64,000 nt of DNA, from positions 1,952,001 through 2,016,000 of the forward strand of contig OZ243961.1 in assembly GCA_965214605.1 (NCBI GenBank), in the 5' to 3' direction. The position numbers and the translations under genes were made by a program. This document shows positions 20,971 through 32,020 of this stretch, piece by piece; within the stretch, counting starts at the first letter, position 1, and each line of letters begins with the position of its first letter. The notes beneath the pieces were generated by a model. The model did no database searches. It saw nothing but the letters and a program-made list of their open reading frames with translations, and was not told the DNA's origin. Source of the stretch: an uncultured Candidatus Binatia bacterium. Its GTDB lineage: Bacteria; Desulfobacterota; Binatia; Bin18.

Positions 20971-21624
20971 TCAGTGCGGTGTCAGCGCCATCGCCATCAT
21001 GACCGAACGTTCAATTTCGACGATCACGCCGGCGACTTCGCGGCCGATTAGATCCATCTTGCGGATCTGCTGAACACGGGGAGCGGCTCGGTCGATCTCC
21101 CGGGCAGAGAATATGTCAGGGAGGAAGTCGCAGGCATCGACCAGACAGATCATGGCCACATCCCTCGGATCGGGGGTATCGTCGGACAGCAACACGTCTG
21201 CAATCCGCAATCTGACCTCACGTTCGACACGTCCGTCAATCGTCGGATAGCGCCGGGAACGGAAGACCCAGAGAAACTTCTCGTCCTGAGACTCTAGAAT
21301 GCCGCGCTCAATCAAACTGGCCAAGGCCTGCCGCCGGATCTCGGTCGCCCCCAGCCCGGCCAGCGTCTCTATCCAGCCCTTGGTATCCTTTGTTTCGGCG
21401 GAATTCGCGATACGCGTCAGGACTCGGTCGAGCATTGGGTTGCCGGTCGGTGTCGGGTCGAGAATCACGAGTTGTTTGGGATCGGTGTCAATTCGGTTGG
21501 CGAACGCCAGATCCATCAGGACTGCGCCAGCAAGGACATGCTCCACGGAGCTGCCACGAATCGGCAGGAAAACCCCGTCGTCGTCCAGCATCAACAGCAA
21601 TATCTCTTCGGCGAATGTCAGCAT
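20971..21624 (-). CDS. GPP34/GOLPH3-like family protein
   Basis: MLTFAEEILLLMLDD...LAGAVLMDLA...RID...LIERGIL...FLWVF..RRYP pattern typical of GPP34 proteins. Confidence 0.8.
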   Translation of the reverse strand: MLTFAEEILLLMLDDDGVFLPIRGSSVEHVLAGAVLMDLAFANRIDTDPKQLVILDPTPTGNPMLDRVLTRIANSAETKDTKGWIETLAGLGATEIRRQALASLIERGILESQDEKFLWVFRSRRYPTIDGRVEREVRLRIADVLLSDDTPDPRDVAMICLVDACDFLPDIFSAREIDRAAPRVQQIRKMDLIGREVAGVIVEIERSVMMAMALTPH

Positions 21625-21633
21625 GACACGTCT

Positions 21634-21969
21634 TCAGGACTGTGCCGCCAAGGCAGCTTCGCGTGTTTCGTAGTACTCGAGCATCGTCAGAAAACCGCTG
21701 ATCTCCATGACCGATTTGCAAGACGACTGGAGCGCGCAGAGCGCCAGCTTGCCGCCGCTCTGTTGGCATTTCTTGGCTCCAACGAGCACGGCGCGGAGGC
21801 CGGCACTGCTGATGTAATTCATCTTGCCGCAATCAAGCAGCACGCGGGTATCGCCGCGGGCGACGATCTCCGAAATGCGCTTCTCCAAGTCCGGCGCACT
21901 AAAGCCGTCGACACGCCCGTTCGGCGCGACGACGACCAGCGAATCTTTGGTTGTCTCTTCGATTTCCAT
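21634..21969 (-). CDS. STAS-domain anti-sigma-factor antagonist (RsbV/SpoIIAA-like)
   Basis: GRVDGFSAPDLE...LLDCGKMNYISSAGLR (phospho-Ser motif)...VMEISGF. Confidence 0.9.
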   Translation of the reverse strand: MEIEETTKDSLVVVAPNGRVDGFSAPDLEKRISEIVARGDTRVLLDCGKMNYISSAGLRAVLVGAKKCQQSGGKLALCALQSSCKSVMEISGFLTMLEYYETREAALAAQS

Positions 21970-22201
21970 CGGGCAGCCTTTCACTTCAATCTCAACTTGG
22001 ACAGCCGCATTGAATCGTCGGTTCCGAGCGGATCTCACTCGCTCTCAGGACGCAGGAATAGCATGAGAGCTTATATACGGCAACCCATCAGCGGCAGCTG
22101 GGCAAGCGTCATCTTGGCGAGACGAGCAATTGCTGGCAGAATAGAGACGAGGGACAGAAAGTCTGGGGAGGGCCTTCGCACTCCAGAAATCAAGCGAGGA
22201 G

Positions 22202-23428
22202 ATGAGTATGCACAATGGGATTCTCTCAGGACTGCGGGTTATCGACTGCGGAACCTATGTCGCTGGACCGGCCTCGACAACCATTATGTCAGATTTTGGG
22301 GCCGAGGTGTTCAAGATTGAGCGGCCCCAAGGCGGAGACTTGTATCGCTCTATGGGGAACCTGCCGGGGTTTGCCAAGGCGGAGCTCAACTGGCCCTGGA
22401 TTCTGACCAGTCGGAACAAGAAGAGCGTTACCCTTGACCTTGATTCAGTCGAGGGCCGAGAAATCCTCATCCGTCTGGTCAAAACCTCGGACGTGTTTGT
22501 CACCAACTATCAACACCCGCTGCTGGCCAAATTCCGGCTGACCTGGGATGACCTGCGGCCCGAGAACGAGCGTCTCATCTACGCTCATCTAACCGGCTAC
22601 GGCGATACGGGTGAGGACGCCAACGCACCGACGTTTGATGCGCTAGCGTATTGGGCACGCTCGGGCCTGATGATGAGCGTGGTCGGCATGGACGGGACGC
22701 CCGGCGGCCCACGGCCAGGGATGGGCGATCACCCGACCTCAGTGTCTCTGTTCAGCGCTATCATGCTCGGCTTGTACCACCGCGAGCGTACCGGACGGGG
22801 TGTCAAGGTCGGGACCTCGTTGCTGGCCAGCGGTGCCTGGGCCAACGCCTGCGACCTGCAGGCCAAATTCTGTAACGCCACCTTTCCGGAACGCCGCAGC
22901 GATGGCACACCCCCCAACCCACTGGCGGCCGGCTATCGGAGTCGCGACGGCAAAGCCTTTCTGGTTGTCTTACTTGATCCGGATAAGGAGTTTCCCAATC
23001 TGTGCGCGGCACTCGACCAAGCAGAGCTGGCGACCAACCCACTGTTCACCACCAATGAAGCCAGAACCGAAAATGCCGCAGCCCTGTTCGCTATTCTGCA
23101 GTCGCAGTTTGAATCGCGCGATCTAGCCGAGTGGCGAGAGCTGTTCAAGCGAGCTGACATTAAATGGGCTCCCCTGCCCCAGCGCGACGAAGTCGTCGAA
23201 GATCCGCAGATGTGGGCGGCGGGGGCGTTTATCGACCTGGAGTATCCTGGCTACGGTCAACTGACAACCATCAACAGCCCTATTTTTACCAGCGCTGGCG
23301 ACAAACGCACGCCAACGGCCGCCCCACCGCTCGGCGCGCATACGCGTGCGGTGTTAGAAGATCTGGGCTATAGCGAGGAGGAAATTACCGCCCTTGTCCG
23401 GAAGGGAACGGCGGGGACAGCCAAATGA
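22202..23428 (+). CDS. Class III CoA-transferase (CaiB/BaiF family)
   Basis: LSGLRVID, AGP, DFGAEVFKIE, RNKKSVTLDL, GMGDH (catalytic Asp), RERTGRG. Confidence 0.93.
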   Translation: MSMHNGILSGLRVIDCGTYVAGPASTTIMSDFGAEVFKIERPQGGDLYRSMGNLPGFAKAELNWPWILTSRNKKSVTLDLDSVEGREILIRLVKTSDVFVTNYQHPLLAKFRLTWDDLRPENERLIYAHLTGYGDTGEDANAPTFDALAYWARSGLMMSVVGMDGTPGGPRPGMGDHPTSVSLFSAIMLGLYHRERTGRGVKVGTSLLASGAWANACDLQAKFCNATFPERRSDGTPPNPLAAGYRSRDGKAFLVVLLDPDKEFPNLCAALDQAELATNPLFTTNEARTENAAALFAILQSQFESRDLAEWRELFKRADIKWAPLPQRDEVVEDPQMWAAGAFIDLEYPGYGQLTTINSPIFTSAGDKRTPTAAPPLGAHTRAVLEDLGYSEEEITALVRKGTAGTAK

Positions 23429-23430
23429 TT

Positions 23431-24075
23431 TTAGGGGGTGTGTTGCGATAGGATGGCTGGCAGGTCACGGATTGATTGCACAACGCGCGTAGCGCACGAA
23501 AAATCCTGGAATTGAGTGAACGCGCGTTCAATCACAATACACGCAAGGCCGGCGGCCACCGCCGAGCGTAGGCCGCGTTCAGAGTCCTCTATCGCAAGCG
23601 CTTCGTGGGGCTGAGCCGCGAAGCGCTCCAGCGCGGTCAGATAAGGATCGGGGGCTGGCTTGCTGCGCGCATAATCGCCGTTGGCGACAACGAAGTCCAT
23701 GTAGGACAGGATAGTCCGGTCTTGGTGAATGAGGGCAAAATCGGACTTCTTGGCCGTGGTTACAATCGCCATTGAAAAGGACTGCGACAGCTCGGCCAGG
23801 ACGCTCAACACCCCCGGAATTTCAATGTCCTCGGTCCGCAGACGTTCCTGGTAAGAGCGATCCCGGTTGCTTCGGTGAACAGCAATGACAGCCTCCGGGA
23901 CGCCCCGCTGTCTGGCCAGCTCCCACATTGTCTGACCTTGGGTCGTCCGCGCCAGATATTCATCTTCGTCAAAATATATTCCAATTTCAGCCAACGCGTG
24001 TTGGGTCGAGAGGAAGTACCAGTGTTCGGTATCGACCAACACGCCGTCATTATCCCACAGAATATATTTCAGCAT
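23431..24075 (-). CDS. HAD superfamily phosphatase (subfamily IA)
   Basis: WDNDGVLVDTE, KPAPDPY, IEDSERG motifs. Confidence 0.92.
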   Translation of the reverse strand: MLKYILWDNDGVLVDTEHWYFLSTQHALAEIGIYFDEDEYLARTTQGQTMWELARQRGVPEAVIAVHRSNRDRSYQERLRTEDIEIPGVLSVLAELSQSFSMAIVTTAKKSDFALIHQDRTILSYMDFVVANGDYARSKPAPDPYLTALERFAAQPHEALAIEDSERGLRSAVAAGLACIVIERAFTQFQDFSCATRVVQSIRDLPAILSQHTP

Positions 24076-24123
24076 TGGGGTGTTCTCGGCTGAACGTCTT
24101 CGCCTAGAGCCACCGTCATCTCC

Positions 24124-24582
24124 TCAGTCTGTATCCGCCCAGCTCTTGTCGTAGTCGGTCGCCATCCGCAGCTGGGCTCGCAGGTGTTGGATCTTCCATT
24201 TGCCGTTAAGCTTGACGTAGTCGTCTTGGTAGCGGGCGGCCTGCCACTTGGCCTGGTTGTTTTGATAAAACGTAAATGGTCCAAAAAAGTACCACGTTGC
24301 GCTCGCCCGGTTGCCGTCGATTTTAATGACCGGGTTGAGCACCTGGTGCTGGGAGAAGCTGATCAGGGTCTGGAATTTTTTGAACAGCTCACGGATAGCT
24401 GTATGCCCCTGAGCGTGTCCAAAGTCACCGCCCTCCCAGATGCCATCCGGAGCAAAAATCGTGGTGATGCGATCCGGGTTATGGTCGTCGTCACAGATGT
24501 CACAGTATTCGGCCTTGAGTTGCTTGATGGCCTCGATGTCTTCCATGCGGGTCAGCCGTTTTTCGAGTTCGGTCATGTCCAT
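24124..24582 (-). CDS. NTF2/SnoaL-like protein (LinA/BaiE-like)
   Basis: LTRMEDIEAIKQLKAEYCDICD...FAPDG...H...NPVI...YQDDYVK..GKWKI. Confidence 0.85.
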   Translation of the reverse strand: MDMTELEKRLTRMEDIEAIKQLKAEYCDICDDDHNPDRITTIFAPDGIWEGGDFGHAQGHTAIRELFKKFQTLISFSQHQVLNPVIKIDGNRASATWYFFGPFTFYQNNQAKWQAARYQDDYVKLNGKWKIQHLRAQLRMATDYDKSWADTD

Positions 24583-24596
24583 TGGGGGGGCTCCTT

Positions 24597-25703
24597 TCAG
24601 CTCATCTCAATGCCATATAGGCACTTCGCGTTGTTAAACACAATGTCACGCGTTACATCGGCCGGAATATCGGCAAAATGCTCCTCAATGATCTTGAGCG
24701 AATGGGGAAACGTCGAGTCGGCGTGCGGAAAATCTGAAGCCCACATATAGTTATGTTGACCAAAGAACTGCCACGCCGCCGGGCCGATGGGATCGTCCTG
24801 AAAGGTGGCCCACACGTTGCGCCGTACATATTCACTCGGTTTGAGCAGCAAGCGTTTGGTGTTGGGGATCTTGGCATGCACGTGGTCGAGCCGATGGATC
24901 CAGTTCGGCATCCAACCCACATCATTCTCGGCCGAGACCACTTTTAGATTGGGAAAGCGATCAAACACACCGCCGTACACCATCCGCGTGAGACACTGCT
25001 CAACAACGTGGATGACATGAATCTGGAGGTCGGCCGGAGTCGGCATGGCCGCCGTGCGTGGCATACCAGATACTAAGGGTTTGTGCAGCGAGATGGGAAG
25101 CCTGATCTCGGAGCAGACCTGCCATAGCGAATCAAAGCGCTCGTCGCTATAGGGGAACTCAACCGTGTCAGAGGCCAGAATCAGGACGCCTTTGATACCT
25201 AACTTTGCGCAGCGTTCAATCTCTGACACATCGGGCAGCGCGCTGAGCGGATACAGACCGATGCCGATCAAGCGCTGCGGGTTGTGGGAGCAGAACTCGG
25301 CGATCCAGTCGTTGTAGACGCGTACGCATGCCTGTTGCAGTTCTCCATCCGGCATATTGAGCAGGACGATCCCTAGGCTGGAATATAAGACCTCGGCCAC
25401 CACGCCGTCCAAGTCTTGATCCTTCAGACGTGCGGCCGGGTCCCATCCGCTGGGTCGGGCGGCTTCGTAGCCAGACTGCATGTGGACGCGTAGATCATCA
25501 CCGCTGCGTCCTGCAGCAAATACACCAGCCACCGTCAGCGGATGAATGCCAGGCCCGACAAACAGATAGGGGGCGGCCTTGGACTGTTCGCTTTTGATGA
25601 CCCGTGGGGCGTCATCACGATATTTGCGGTCGAGCCGTTTGAGCCACAGGTCGCCCGGCTCAACCATATGGGAATCGGCTGAAATTACGCGCTGTATCGA
25701 CAT
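24597..25703 (-). CDS. Amidohydrolase family protein (Amidohydro_2)
   Basis: ISADSHMVEP, RLKDQDLDGV..EVLY, YNDW, GVFDRFP, WASDFPHADST. Confidence 0.92.
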   Translation of the reverse strand: MSIQRVISADSHMVEPGDLWLKRLDRKYRDDAPRVIKSEQSKAAPYLFVGPGIHPLTVAGVFAAGRSGDDLRVHMQSGYEAARPSGWDPAARLKDQDLDGVVAEVLYSSLGIVLLNMPDGELQQACVRVYNDWIAEFCSHNPQRLIGIGLYPLSALPDVSEIERCAKLGIKGVLILASDTVEFPYSDERFDSLWQVCSEIRLPISLHKPLVSGMPRTAAMPTPADLQIHVIHVVEQCLTRMVYGGVFDRFPNLKVVSAENDVGWMPNWIHRLDHVHAKIPNTKRLLLKPSEYVRRNVWATFQDDPIGPAAWQFFGQHNYMWASDFPHADSTFPHSLKIIEEHFADIPADVTRDIVFNNAKCLYGIEMS

Positions 25704-25723
25704 GATTCGGGTCTCCCCTCAGC

Positions 25724-27409
25724 CTACTGTCCGCCTCGGATCACTTGGCCAGGAAGGACGCCGGTTTGCCGCTGTCCTTCGTACAAGACTTGGCCATTGA
25801 CAATGGTGTACTGGATGCCCTCTGCCTGGGTGACCAAGCGACGCCCACCGCCCGGCAAATCATGTCGGATTTCCGGACGCTCGGGCGAGTTGATGGTGTT
25901 TAGATCAAAGACGGTGATGTCTGCGGCCAGCCCGACTCGCAGCGCGCCACGGTCGTTGATGCCGAAGAACTGGGCTGGTTCTGAGGTGATGCGCCGGACC
26001 GCGTGTTCTACGCTCAGGGCCTGCTTGTCGCGCACAAAAGTCCCGAGCAGATAGCTGGGGTAGCCGGCGTTACACAGCATATCAACGTGGGCCCCGCCGT
26101 CAGAGATGCCGATCAGGGTGCGTGGATCGCTGAATTTTTTTGCGACCCGTTCCTCGTTGATGTCGAGCAGCGGCAGCATGTAGTCGAGCCCCAGATCATC
26201 CTCAAGCGCGAGATCAAAGAAGGCGTCCAAGGGCGCGACACCGCGCTGCCGGGCAATATCAGCGATCGTCTGCCACTCAACCGCCCTGAGCGCCGGGTTG
26301 GTGACTTCCTTAACCTTGGTCCGTTGCCAGATGTCACGAAAAACGGTGCTGCGCTCCAGATCGGCCTCAAACGCACGACGGAACTCAACGTCAGCATAGG
26401 TGCGTTTCTGCTCTTCGAGCGTGGCTTCCCCAAACACCGGCTTTGTCGAACGCATGCTGGCAAACAGAAACGGGTTGCGCAGATTAAACTCAAGCACCAG
26501 CGGTCGCACCGCCACCTGCGGCCGACTGCCCCGTTCGAGGAGTGGGGTAACGCGTGCCAAGGTGTTGGTCCACGCCTCGGGGTCATCGTCTCTGTCACGC
26601 AGATTGAGCCAGGTCACTGGCCGCCCGCTCTCTGAGACCAGCAGCTCTAGCAGGGCGTATTCTTTGTCAGATACCGCGCTCGGCTTTTTGGTCAGGGCCA
26701 CCTCAATCGTGCCTTGGCCGCGCGCCCGCAGCAAACTGGCGTAGGCGCGCAGTTCGTCGTGACTAGCCAGCCGACAGGCCAAGGGCTGGGCTTTGTAACC
26801 GAGATGCTGGGGGAGAACAGTCAGGGAAAGTCCTAAGGCACCGGCCTCAAGCGCTTCGTTTAACAGGCCGCGGATCTGGGTGGTTTCCAGCGCCGTTGCC
26901 TCACGTTCCATGGCCTCATTGCCCATTACAAACTGTCGAAAGGGTGACAGGGCTGCCAGAAAGCCGACGTTGATGCCCACCCCACGCTTGGCCGCTGCGT
27001 CCATATACTCGGGAAAGCTTTCCCAGTCCCACGGCAGGCCCTTGTTAAGGACCTCATACGGAATGGCCTCAACGTGGACTAGGTTAGCGGTAGCAATATC
27101 ACGCTCGGTAGGCTTGCACGGCGCCAATCCAACACCGCAATTGCCCATGATCACGGTTGTCACCCCATGCCACGATGAACAGGTGACTAGCGGGTCCCAG
27201 CAGATTTGGGCGTCATAGTGGGTATGCGGATCAATAAAGCCAGGTGCGACAATCAGATCAGACGCGTCAATCACCCGAGCGGCGCTGCCCGTGAGCGCAC
27301 CAAGCCCGACAATATATCCCCCACTCACTGCGAGATCGGCCCGAAAGCCGGGCGTGCCACTACCGTCAACAATTGTTCCATTTTTAATCAGTAGCTCATA
27401 CTCGGCCAT
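25724..27409 (-). CDS. N-acyl-D-amino-acid deacylase-type amidohydrolase
   Basis: APGFIDPHTHYDAQ, GNCGVG, SDGGAHVD, DRG...ADI; start after GGAGG RBS. Confidence 0.92.
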   Translation of the reverse strand: MAEYELLIKNGTIVDGSGTPGFRADLAVSGGYIVGLGALTGSAARVIDASDLIVAPGFIDPHTHYDAQICWDPLVTCSSWHGVTTVIMGNCGVGLAPCKPTERDIATANLVHVEAIPYEVLNKGLPWDWESFPEYMDAAAKRGVGINVGFLAALSPFRQFVMGNEAMEREATALETTQIRGLLNEALEAGALGLSLTVLPQHLGYKAQPLACRLASHDELRAYASLLRARGQGTIEVALTKKPSAVSDKEYALLELLVSESGRPVTWLNLRDRDDDPEAWTNTLARVTPLLERGSRPQVAVRPLVLEFNLRNPFLFASMRSTKPVFGEATLEEQKRTYADVEFRRAFEADLERSTVFRDIWQRTKVKEVTNPALRAVEWQTIADIARQRGVAPLDAFFDLALEDDLGLDYMLPLLDINEERVAKKFSDPRTLIGISDGGAHVDMLCNAGYPSYLLGTFVRDKQALSVEHAVRRITSEPAQFFGINDRGALRVGLAADITVFDLNTINSPERPEIRHDLPGGGRRLVTQAEGIQYTIVNGQVLYEGQRQTGVLPGQVIRGGQ

Positions 27410-27577
27410 AAGCTGCCCCTCCTTAACTTCAAGCGCCACATGCACAATACAGATGGCGGAAATGCGTCCTCTCTCCCTTCTAGGAGATCAGCCCCCGGCC
27501 GTCAACAATTCGGACCTTAATGTCTTGCTTCGTAGGAAACTCCTAGGTTAGGGTTGAGGCGTTTGCCGAGGAGGTCC

Positions 27578-28915
27578 ATGTCTACGCTCAGTCCTGCGCG
27601 AGTAGAAACGCCGACCCGGACCCGTTGGATGATCATCGGCCTGGTCTACTGCACCTACGTGCTGATGTTCATCGACCGGGTGAACATCTCAATTGCGGCC
27701 AAGTACATCATGCCCGAGTACGGCCTCAGCGAAGTACAGATCGGCTGGATTTTCAGCGCTTTTGTGTTTGGGTATGCGGTATTTCAGATCCCCGGTGGCT
27801 GGCTAGGCGACCGCTTTGGATCCAGGGGAGTGATGGCCGGGGCAATCCTGTGGTGGTCGTTTTTCACAGCTGTGACCGCGCTTGCCGGAGAGCTGTTTGT
27901 GGCCTCGCTTATCGGTGTTGTGGGCACGTTTCTGATCGTCCGGGTGTTGATCGGTATTGGTGAGGCCGTCGCCCCTCCGAACGGCAATCGGGTAGTGGCC
28001 AATTGGGCCGCAGCCCAAGAACGTGGCCTAGCGGTCGGCATTACGGTTAGCGGCAGCTCGCTGGGCGGGGCGCTGACGCCACCGCTCATTGTCTGGGTTA
28101 TGGTCACTTGGGGCTGGCGGGCAGCCTTCTATATTGCCGGCGGCATAGGCATCTTCCTGGCCCTGATATGGTACTGGTTGGTCCGGGACCGGCCTGAGCA
28201 GCATCCGTGGGTGAACGCCGCAGAGCGGGAGTATATTGCCCAGGCACCAACAGCTGAGCAGGACGAGCACGGCGAGGCCGGACCGGCGCTCGGACCCATG
28301 CCATGGCGGGCGATTCTCAGCTCCCCGAGCCTGTGGATGCTCACCGCCGCCTACACGATACTTGGCTATATCGGCTACATCTATCTGTCCTGGTTCTACC
28401 TGTACCTGGTCAACGTGCTGCACTTCTCGGTTGAGAGCGGCGGGCTGTACGGAATGGCCCCGTTTATAGCCGGGGCGATAGGGGCACCGTTCGGCGGCTG
28501 GCTGACGGATCGCCTGAGTCAGCGTTTTGGAAAACGCGTTGGACGCTGTGGGACCGGATTCGTCAGCATGCTGCTGACCGCGGGATTTATCGCTATCGGG
28601 GCTGGTGTAGGAAATCCCTACCTAGCGGTGCTCTTCCTAGCTCTAGGCGCGGGGACCTTGTTTTTGGGGGTGGCGGCCTACTTTGCAACAACGATCGACC
28701 TGGCCAAAACCTATGCCGGTACGGTGGGTGGTTTCATGAACATGGGTGGCAATCTGGGCGGAACGCTCTCGCCAACCCTCACCCCGTTTCTGGCTCAGCA
28801 CTACGGCTGGGACAGCGCGCTGTATATGGCTGCTGGGCTGGCAGCCCTAGCGGCTCTCTTTTGGCTAGGAGTCCATCCCGAACAACCCATACGGCTGAAA
28901 GCCGAGATGAGCTAG
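27578..28915 (+). CDS. MFS transporter (anion:cation symporter-like)
   Basis: DRVNISIA, QIPGGWLGDRFG, R..IGIGEA, many hydrophobic segments; GGAGG RBS. Confidence 0.92.
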   Translation: MSTLSPARVETPTRTRWMIIGLVYCTYVLMFIDRVNISIAAKYIMPEYGLSEVQIGWIFSAFVFGYAVFQIPGGWLGDRFGSRGVMAGAILWWSFFTAVTALAGELFVASLIGVVGTFLIVRVLIGIGEAVAPPNGNRVVANWAAAQERGLAVGITVSGSSLGGALTPPLIVWVMVTWGWRAAFYIAGGIGIFLALIWYWLVRDRPEQHPWVNAAEREYIAQAPTAEQDEHGEAGPALGPMPWRAILSSPSLWMLTAAYTILGYIGYIYLSWFYLYLVNVLHFSVESGGLYGMAPFIAGAIGAPFGGWLTDRLSQRFGKRVGRCGTGFVSMLLTAGFIAIGAGVGNPYLAVLFLALGAGTLFLGVAAYFATTIDLAKTYAGTVGGFMNMGGNLGGTLSPTLTPFLAQHYGWDSALYMAAGLAALAALFWLGVHPEQPIRLKAEMS

Positions 28916-29639
28916 GGGGCGGACAAGGGCTTGGGCTGTCGGTGGCGTGAGCTTGCAGTCCGTGCCGGTGGCGTAGATCCAAGGGCGGATTAGGCCCCAG
29001 GCATCTCGTAGGCGCGCAGGAGAGCGCTCCGGTAAACTTCTGCCACTCATGCCACTTAATCGTAGACGGTCTCCATCACCTGGAGCTTGTCCGGATCACA
29101 CCCCGCGACGTCGGCCGGCATGCCTTCGCGCAGCTACCCATGGTCACGGATACCGAAGGCCCGGCCCAACATGGTTGAAGATGGTAGACCTCTCCCAAGT
29201 CTACAATTTGCCTGCCGCGAATCCACTGGATCAGGAAGTGGGTCGGACAGCCGCTCAGAGTCGGGAACAAGGTACGTGCGCCGTCGTCCGAGCCTCCCAT
29301 CAGGGTTGGGAGATGTTTGCCGACAGTGTCTTCATCACTGTTTAGCGAGTCCTACGTGGCAAATTTGGCATTCAGGTCTTCTTCAACCGCGAAATCGAGC
29401 ATGGCATCGACGGCCGGATGCTTGCTCTGATCCTGAGCGATCCAGCCGATAGTCTTGCCTCGTGGCGACCGGTTTTTTCCCAGTCCATCGTTTTCCACAT
29501 CCTTACGCAAAGCAAGCCGCCGGACCGGGTCGGCCAACGGCGGTTTCATTCCGGGCCGGTATCTCTCATCAATTGTCCAGAGAGTCCGACAGGCTCACGC
29601 TTGAGTACGCCTAGCCACGAAAATAGTAGGAAAACCAAC

Positions 29640-29955
29640 CAGCGCTGGGGGAAGCTGCCGCTCAGTCGCGTGTGGCACGAGGATGTACGCGACCTCCACT
29701 ACGCAATGCGGGCGATGGCGAACCGGACGCTGGACCTTCTGTCGCGGATGTTCAACATGGCCGAGTCCTGGGGATTGATGCCGGAGGGAAGCAATCCGGG
29801 CCAGCGAGGTGAAGTACTGGGAGCAGCCGCGCGAGCGGTTCCTCATCGTGATTGAGTTCCGCCGGCTCGGACGCGCCCTCGCTGAGGCGGAGGCGAACGG
29901 CGCCGTCCCGGTGCCTGCCGCGGCGGCAATCCGGCTCCTCATGCTGACCGGATAC
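29640..29955 (+). pseudogene. Tyrosine recombinase/integrase fragment
   Basis: DVRDLH...ANRTLDLLSRMFNMAESWG...SNP / RERFL...LGRAL...AAIRLLMLTG, truncated just before the catalytic Arg; frameshifted. Confidence 0.75.
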
Positions 29956-30045
29956 CCGAACACCCTTACGGACAGAAGTCGCTTTTCGGCTTCGACGACA
30001 GGGGCAGCGTCCAGGCCAGACGTGCGACCTGTTGGAGACGAGATC

Positions 30046-30425
30046 ATGACCGAAGACAATCCCCCAACTACCGAATCCGGCGATCATTTGGGCGAGAGGC
30101 AGGCCGAACCGCGCACGTCGCGAACGGTTCGGTTCTTCGATTCCGATTGGGAACGCATTGAGCGCGTGGCCAAGGAGCGTGAAATCTCTGCCGCCGCGCT
30201 GCGGTGGGCTTCGCTACCGGCAAGCTCACGGACAACTCCGAGGCGTTCCCGTCCGAAATCGGAGCCCAGATCGAGCACGTCTATCGCGGCGTTTACCTGC
30301 TTTCGACACTCAAGCGCGACGAGATGCTCCGCGAGGGGCAGCAGGAAGAGGTCGATCGAATCCACAAAGAAGCCCGCAAATCCCAGGAGTCGATCCGCAA
30401 TCAGACCTCCAAGCCGGTCGCATGA
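30046..30425 (+). pseudogene. Small ribbon-helix-helix-like protein, frameshifted
   Basis: RTVRFFDSDWERIERVAKEREISAAAL (RHH-like), continuing in another frame as IEHVYRGVYLLSTLKRDEM. Confidence 0.4.
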
Positions 30426-30532
30426 CCGGGTGTCCAGACAGGAAAAACATGGCGATGCGCTTCCTATTCGTTCGGCAACAGGCCGGGGGAATCCGCTGCC
30501 TGGGATTGCGGAGACGCCCAGTGTCTCCAGTA

Positions 30533-31630
30533 ATACCAGCGGTGCTTGGTTCAGACTCATGAAGGGGATTCCCTCACGGCCCGGTTTCTGATTCAAGGTT
30601 GGAGGCTTGGATTGGAGGTTGGTGATGGGAGCGGCGATCCCCTTGCGGGGAGATTTCGATACGGCTGGATTGCGTCGTCTTGCGAAGCGGAGCCGGGACG
30701 GGGCACAGAGCCATCGTCTTTTGGCAGTGGTGTTGATCTACGACGGTTATCCCCGTTCGGACGCGGCGCGCTTTGCGGGAGTCGGGCTGCAGATCATTCC
30801 GGACTGGGTTCTGCGCTTCAACGAGAGGAAGGTCCGGAGGGCTTGCTGAACCGCAAGGCGCCGGGTCCACCTTACAAGCTGAGCGAGGAGCAGCGCGCGG
30901 CGCTGGCGGCAGTCGTGGAGAGCGGTCTGGACCCGGCGGTGCGCGGCGTGGTTCGTTGGTGGCGCTGCGACCTGGCGGCATGGCTTCGGGATCGGTTCGG
31001 CGTGTCGTTGGCAGGGACGACGGTCGGACAGGAGTTGCGTCGCATGAGCCACGCCAAGCTTTCTGCACGCCCGCGCCACTATGCCCAGGACGAAGCCGCG
31101 TTGGCGGCGTTCAAAACTTCCCCGCACGTCTGAAAGGAGGTTCGCGCCAGGCTCGGTGACGGCGTCGAGGTCGGAGTCTGGTAGCAGGACGAGGCGCATG
31201 TCGGACAGAAGAACAAAATCACCCGGCGATGGGCGAAACGCGATGCGCGCCCGGCGGCGCCCAAGGACCAGAGAACGACTTCGGCCTATATCTTCGGTGC
31301 CATTTGCCCGATGAAAGGCAGGGCCGCCGGGCTTGTCATACCCCGGGCCGACACACACGCGCTCAACGCCCATCTCGAAGAGATCGCCCGAACTGTGGAA
31401 CCCGGCGCCCATGCCCTCGTCATGCTCGACCGGGCCGGATGGCATATCTCATCGTTCCTCGAAGTCCCCGGCAATATCACCTCAATGCCGCTCCCGCCCT
31501 GATCGCCGGAACTCAACCTGGTCGAGAACGTCTGGCAGTTCCTGCGCGACAACTGGCTCTCGAACCGCGTCTTCCAAAGCTACGACAACATACTCAATCA
31601 CTGCTGCCATGCCTGGAACAAACTCGTCTC
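30533..31630 (+). mobile_element. IS630-family insertion sequence, inactivated transposase, right end truncated
   Basis: HTH region (GLQIIPDWVLRFN...GVVRW..CDL) and DDE motifs QDEA, LDRAGWH, SPELNLVENVWQFLR; in-frame stops at 31182 and 31500 plus frameshifts. Confidence 0.88.
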
Positions 31631-31659
31631 ACAGCGAACTGCCCGGGTTCCGAGCCACC

Positions 31660-32020
31660 ATGCCTCGATTGCGGCGCCCTGCCGGACGATCTGGCGATCA
31701 GCCATCGGACCCGGGTCGAGTTCGCCTCGCTGCTTGCCTGTGAAGTTCGCATGGGCAGTCTGGATGCCGGTACGGCGCGCGACGCGGGCTCACGGTTCGA
31801 GACGTTGATTCAGGAGTCCTTTGTTGCGCTACTGCCGACGCGCGACGACTTCGATCGCGCCAAGGACTGGATCGGCCATTTCGATACCGGTCTGAGAGCT
31901 GGAGATGCCCTGCACCTCACCATCGCGGGGAACCACGGCGCGGACGATTTATAGCCTGGACAAGCTGATGATCGCAGCGGGCAAGACGCTGTGCTTACCG
32001 AGCTACGGGGATTGATGTGA
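31660..32020 (+). pseudogene. PIN-domain (VapC-like) toxin remnant, N-terminus lost
   Basis: LAISHRTRVEFASLL...LRAGDALHLTIA...SLDKLM; abuts the truncated IS630. Confidence 0.7.

Noticed and set aside
28920-29640. tRNA/tmRNA integration site upstream of the integrase remnant
   Set aside because: No cloverleaf or T-loop consensus recognised, and no matching att repeat found at the right boundary by eye.
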